Below are positions 56,995-64,000 of a DNA stretch of 64,000 nucleotides, one piece after another. A program made the translations under genes and the position numbers. How positions within the stretch are numbered: the stretch's first letter is position 1; the number at the start of each line of letters is the position of its first letter. This stretch comes from the human T2T-CHM13v2.0 reference genome, Homo sapiens, in NCBI RefSeq assembly GCF_009914755.1, contig NC_060930.1. The stretch is one strand, 5' to 3'. A model generated the notes under the pieces. That model was not told where the DNA came from, ran no database searches, and saw only the letters and a program-made list of their open reading frames with translations.

Positions 56995-57790
56995 AAATAA
57001 ATTTTTAAAATGTAATCTTCTATTGAAGTATAATGTATATACAGAAACATTTGTAAACCATGTTTCCTGTTAATAAAATTTCAAAATGGAAACTCACTCA
57101 TATAACCAGGAACTGAATCAAGAAATAAAATGCTTTAAGCGCCCCAGAAACCTTTCTTAGTGGCCCCTCCCAATCACCATCCCCTTTCATCCCAGAGCCG
57201 ACCACTGTCCTGATTTTCAACACTAAGGATTTATTTTTTCTTCCTTTTGAAATCGCACAGTACGAATTATTTTGTGTTTGAATTTTCTCATGCAACACTG
57301 AGTGAGATTTACTTTATAGTAGGATCAGCTACTAATTTGCAGGGGCCATTACGAAATGAAAATGCAAGGCCATTGTTGAAAAATCAAGAATTCCAAGATA
57401 GTGACAGCAGCACATTAAACCAAGCCCAGGGTCCTTTTAGTGCAGGGCCCTCTGCAACTCAAAGGTGGCAGACCCCAAAGCCAGCCTTGTAGAGAATCCC
57501 AAAGCATGACTATACTATATTTGTCCATCTTACTACTGATGAACATATTTGTGAGATTTCCATTCTTTGGTGCTCCTACAAACATTCTTGCACCTCTTTG
57601 GTGAAGATATGGATGCATTTCTAATAGGTATATAGTTGTGAATGGAATTGAAAGGTCCTAGGCAGACAGATGTTCGGCTTTGGTAGATGCAAGCACAAAT
57701 TTGTTGTATCAATTTACACTTCTACAGTCAGTCTTTGAGAGTTCCAGTGGCTCCTCATCCTTACCACCATTTCATGTCTTATCTTTTTCA
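56995..57790 (-). mobile_element. L1ME-type 3' fragment with nested MER45A
   Basis: tattgaagtataat...caagaaataaaa...tttgtccat...aacattcttg...caatttacact...gagagttccagtggctcctcatcctt. Confidence 0.7.
57320..57489 (-). mobile_element. MER45A (hAT-Tip100)
   Basis: gctactaatttgcaggggcc...aaatgaaaatgcaaggcc...gacagcagcacattaaaccaagc...gccagccttg. Confidence 0.75.
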
Positions 57791-58031
57791 GCCTAGGCAG
57801 GAATTTAAAGTGCCGATTCCTACCCTCTGCTCCAAACCTTATATCATTAGCATTTCTCTCCAGATTCTATATTTTCACAGCTCCCCAAGCGATTCTCCGT
57901 TAAGTTAGGAAGCACTGCTAATTAACTGAGCTAGGAAGCTATGAGAACATCACATGCAATGTTCTCATTGCACCAGAGTCAAATATGGGTTGAAGGACTA
58001 AGAATATTGAGCTCACACTTTTACCCTCTAG

Positions 58032-58416
<385 letters not shown>

Positions 58417-61094
58417 CATTATGATATTTCTATGAAATTGAAGGGAGTAGTGTCAAAGGGTTTATAAAAGAGCATTATGGACTTTTTTAATGTTAGAAAC
58501 TTGATACTCTGAAAACACACTGAAACTTATCGTTATAGAGTCTTTTTCATTTTCAACCTTCTAATTTTTATTTTAGATAATCAAAGTAAAATCACACCAT
58601 TTTACATAATTACAGTGTATTTTAAAGCTTTTCTTTTTTGTTTCAGCTCTGTAGGACATCCACTTAGCAACAGCATGCCATTTTCTTCTATTTTCTACAC
58701 TTTAGGCATATGCACATTAGAAGTAGATGAAAATGCACAGAATAAAGGAAATTCTGTCAAAATATATGGTTCCTCAGCAAAGAAGCTTGGAGTCTGATAC
58801 TATGTGAAATATAAACAGTAACTTGGGGATTCAGATGTATCATATTTATGCTCTTTTCATGTTTAATTTTAGAAAAACACATTCATGGCAATGGTATATG
58901 TAGATACTGCTATTTCTAAAATATCTTATTAAAATGATAATAGACAATGAATTTCAATATTTTATATTTTCAGAGCAAAAATCATTCACAAAACAAAAAT
59001 TCCTTATGCCACATGGCATATGTGTATGGTGCATGTGTTCCATGTTCGATAACATGTGCTAAGATATATAATAAAAATTTCTATTTCTGGTCATCCTCAC
59101 ATAATTATATTTTGAACATGCATATTTAGAGCGTAAATGTAAAGCTCTATGGCACTGAGAGATATGATCATATTTATCTTCATTTTAGGAAATGTAAGTA
59201 TATGGGTAATTTATATAACCTCAGCTATCTACATCTCTGCATCGTTATTTTTCCCCCACAGTATTAGGGTATTCTTCTCCGCAAGTGGGATATGAGGGCA
59301 TTACCTTATACATGTCCCCGGAAAGACAGTGCGGTCACAGCCACCCTGCCTGGGGAGGAGCACCGGCCCACGAGGTGGGGTGGGAGGTTTGGCTGCTCCT
59401 GGCTTGGTCTCCACCGGCCATGGGAAGCCAGCTTTTCCTACAAGGAGGCCCACTTATATTCCTCAAGCCCAGTGCATCATGAGAAGAACGCACTTCCTGG
59501 GCACTACCTCCCCTTCCCCTGCTTTTCATTTCCATTGAAGAGTCGGTGGTGACCCGGGAAAAGGCAAGAAACTTAATCTGTGCTTCCAAGACAGCCGGAA
59601 AGAGCAGCGGCCCTTGTTCTGAAAAAGCACCCAAGAACCCCTTTAGATTCCGCCAGCACGTTCAGGGTTATAAGGACGTGGGAGATTGTTTCCCCAACAC
59701 CTGATTAGTTAACTCAAACAGTACCTCCAGAAAACTAGTTATGTGGGGTTTGCTTTTTTCAGTTTCTAAGCTTTCATAGTTAAAGACATATTTTCATGTA
59801 AAAATGAAACCTTTAAACTGCACTTGTAGAACCTACAAAGGGTAGAAAGGAGGGCCTCACCAATGCCTCTGCACATCTTCAGCCCTCTACCCCATACTCA
59901 GGGTTCCCACAGAATTCGAAGACCTTGAAACAAGTTTCCCTGGAAAACAGATGTTGGAGGGACACATGTCATCCTAATGCCCCCTGTGTGGAGACGCATC
60001 AGCAGCCAGGGAACTGCTGAAAACAGATGTGGAAGTTGGAATCCAATCCGGGTTTGCCAGGGGAGTAGGAAGTTCCGCCCTGCCACCCTTTTTCTTTGCG
60101 GGAGAGGTGGTACACAGAGTGGGAATTATGTGTAAACTACAAGCGTCGGAAAAATGAGAGGCTAATGCAAGAATATGGACCTGTCCGGTGAGTGCAGTGT
60201 GTTTCCTGAGTGGGGCTGAGTGGTTTAGGGCTGCGACCACCACAGTCCTCCTCACACACGACCAGATTCCATGAATCCCACTGCAAATATGCATTCCCTC
60301 CTGCACTCGGTAAGGGGCCAGGACAAATGGGAAGAGCGTTGCAAATACGTACAATCCCCATGGGTCTGATGGTCAGCAACTCAGAGCAATGGAAATGATA
60401 CTTAATCGTCTCTAAGAAAACTGGAATTCAACAATAAGGTTACATTTCACAGACTATACACCTACAGCAACTCATTAGAGCCTCCTGACACTGGGGTGGG
60501 TGGAAAGGACTAAGCATGATTGTCCCGCTTTACAAAAACATTGGACTCAGAAAGGGCAACTGAAAACGGACAACACAGAAGTCGTGGCTCCTTTGCTCCC
60601 GATGGCAAACCCACTAGTGTCCAGAGGTTCTGGAGCATCTTCTAGGCCTTTCTCTTTTCTGATGCTGATAGGGAATGCAGTGGCCAGCTAGGACAGGCAC
60701 CATGGCAGAGTGGGAAACTGAAACTGCCACCACTGCCCATCCCCCCACCTGAGTTTTAAAATTTAAAACTGTTGGTGGGCAAATGATGAACCACCCGGAT
60801 AGCTAGCAGATTATTCAGAATAGCTATATAGAGCCTTGGTAATCACCTCAATTCTAGAATAGAAACAGCAAATATAAAATTAAACACAATACAAAATCCA
60901 AACAAAACATGTCCATTCCTGTGCTTTGGAACTTCAGCTCAACAGCTCACCTTGAATTATGTAAATAACAGCATCACCTGTTATTCCTGACTTCCTTTTT
61001 GTTTGTACTTTTTATTCTATTTTATTATGTTGTCATTTTCCCACAGGTGAAAGGGCATCGTTTCTGATGTCAAAGCAGTAAACACTTTGATCAC

Positions 61095-61230
61095 AGCAAC
61101 GGCATGGGGGCGGGGCGGGGGCGTGCGGTGCAAGAATCAGGCAGGTGGTGCGGCCCTCCAGGGAGGGGAGGCTGCGGCAGGCAGTGAGCCGCCTCCCCAG
61201 CCCAGGCGGCAGCTTCCCTCCGGGCCTTCC
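61095..61230. promoter_or_regulatory. GC-box (SP/KLF) cluster
   Basis: gggggcggggcgggggcgtg within a short GC/CpG-rich unique patch. Confidence 0.4.
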
Positions 61231-61413
61231 TGCAGGAAAGCAGCACTCCCACAATGAGCTCATCCTCTGACCATTCTAGTCAGCTTCTCATCAATTATCC
61301 CAGTTTTGGGGGCTCTGAGTTTGGGAGTTAAACTGCATAAAGATCAAACTCAGGCTTCTCAAGTTTCACTTACTGTGGGAGAGAGTACAGTCACTGGAGT
61401 CAAATATGTTTTA

Positions 61414-61820
<407 letters not shown>

Positions 61821-61990
61821 ACTCCAGGTAGGTATTTTTTCTTTAAAACTTACCTTTACATATAGATAACGATAAAGAAAGGCAGAAATAGAGGTAAGAG
61901 AGATAATAACATTTTTGTTAGAGAATAGAATTGAATAAAATAAATTTCCTAAACTTTGGTTTAATCATGTTTTAGAAAGGAAACATCTGA

Positions 61991-62300
61991 GGCCAGGCAT
62001 GGTGGCTCATGCCTGTCATCCTAGCACTTTGGGAGGCCAAGGTGGGCACATCACTTGAGGTCAGGAGTTTGAGACTAGCCTGGCCAACATGGTGATACCC
62101 CATCTCTACTAAAAATACAAAAATTAGCCAGGCAAGGTGGTGTCTGTAATCCCAGCTACTCAGGAGGCAGAGGCTTGAGCCCAGGAGGCTGAGGTTGCAG
62201 TGAGCTGAGATAGCGCCACTGCACTCCAGCCTGGGTGACAGAGCAAGACTCTGACAAAGGGAAGGGAAGGGAAGGGAAGGTGGGGAGGGGAGGGGAGGGC
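61991..62300 (+). mobile_element. AluS with G-rich (AAGGG/AGGGG) tail
   Basis: TSD gaaacatctga at 61980 and 62302. Confidence 0.95.
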
Positions 62301-62400
62301 AGAAACATCTGAAACACAACACTGCAGACTGGTTACCTATATCTACCTGTGAGTAGTAACTAGAAAACACAGACACAGCATGCAGCAAATCATAAAATGA

Positions 62401-62805
<405 letters not shown>

Positions 62806-63581
62806 TAAAATATAACATTAAACATAACATGAAACTAACTGTCAACTAACATGAAACTAACTAACTTACTTGGTTGGTTATTTCTGGTTGTACAGCCTTC
62901 TAGGGTTTATTTACCACGTGGACACAGTGCCCCTATATATCACTAATGTATTTTAGAGTTTCATGAAAACACACTGATGAAAGAAACAGCTCATGTTTTT
63001 ATGTACATTAGCATGTTTCTAATGCAGTAAATTTTTGTGAAGATGTGTCGTGTCAACTAATTCAACCATTTAAGTAGGTCTATCAGTTTATATAGAATGA
63101 AAATGAAGTTTCAAGGCCTATGACAATACACAGCAGACCACTGCTATGAGCTGAATTTCATTTTGCAGCTTAGTTTCATTTTAAGATTCTACTATGACAT
63201 ATTTAGCTAGAGAAAGATATTAAATCCAACTCTTATGTATTTAATATAATTCGACTCAAGTGCTTCAGGCCTTCACCTCACTTTATGTAACCTTAAAATG
63301 ATGGATATGCAACTTTTGATGTAGGGCTCTATTTTAACTGTGAGATTACGATACGAATGGTGATTCTTTTATCAAGTAATTTATTTTTAAATTCTGCTTT
63401 CTGTCATTTCTAATTTTGTTGAAATAGTAAATCCACTTAGCAGAGAGTACTCATGATTTAGCTCATAATTTGATTCAATGAAATTAGTTCTTGTACCTCT
63501 TCTGAATCTGTAGTAGTCAATGAGTCTAGACGGGTTATCCATGTGTAGATCTATATATGAAATGTACATTTATTGTCTACA

Positions 63582-63787
63582 CAAAGGGTCAGCAAACATT
63601 TTATATGAGAATCAAATAATGAATATATTTAAATTTTGCAGGTCATGAGGTCTCTGTCACAACCACCCAACTCTACCATTGCAGCAAAGAATAGCACTAG
63701 ACACATAAATGAATGGGCTGACTGTGTTCCAATAAAACTTTATTTACAAAAAAAAAAAAAATGCTATCTGTAGTTTATAGACCCCTG
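63582..63787 (+). mobile_element. MER58A
   Basis: gggtcagcaaac...gtctctgtcacaacc...tgtgttccaataaaactttatttacaaaa...gacccctg. Confidence 0.85.
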
Positions 63788-63824
63788 GTCTAAACTTTTG
63801 CTATTCATGAACGTAGTTCTAGAC

Positions 63825-64000
63825 CTACTGCATCTTCATTAACTAGAAGCTTATTATAAATGCATTTAACCATGAGAAAGCTGATTTGAAAGAAAGAAGA
63901 AAAACTAAAAAAAAAAAAAAAAAGAAATGCATATTCTCAGGCTTCACCCCGGACCTACTGAATCTGAACCTGCTTCTTCAAGATGCCCAAGGCATTCAAT
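63825..64000. mobile_element. MER5A fragment
   Basis: gaagcttattataaatgca...ttctcaggcttcaccccggacctactgaatctgaacctgc. Confidence 0.65.

Overview
Primate (human-like) nuclear genomic DNA, apparently intergenic or deep-intronic. I cannot identify any protein-coding exon or name the locus. The window holds 35 Alu copies (J, S and Y types, most with readable target-site duplications, TSDs) and two twin-primed 5'-inverted L1PA insertions. It also has a near full-length Tigger1, a hAT-Tip100 transposase remnant, several MER DNA elements, solo LTRs (MER31, MST, MLT1, LTR33-like), MIR/L2/L1M relics and a MamSINE1-like tRNA-derived SINE. A tailless 5S rRNA retropseudogene and a 1.4 kb TA-rich array containing a 109-bp near-perfect palindrome are also present. 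Almost all listed ORFs are Alu/L1/Tigger-derived or chance ORFs. The unique sequence most worth a second look is a 7.8 kb Alu/L1-free block (11.3-19.1 kb) with a chain of + strand splice signals and an overlapping hairpin/G-quadruplex, plus an orphan CpG-rich island at about 52 kb. I see no convincing new multi-gene system; the findings are structural or regulatory hypotheses. Repeat subfamily calls come from remembered consensus motifs, not a database search, and old-repeat boundaries are approximate.
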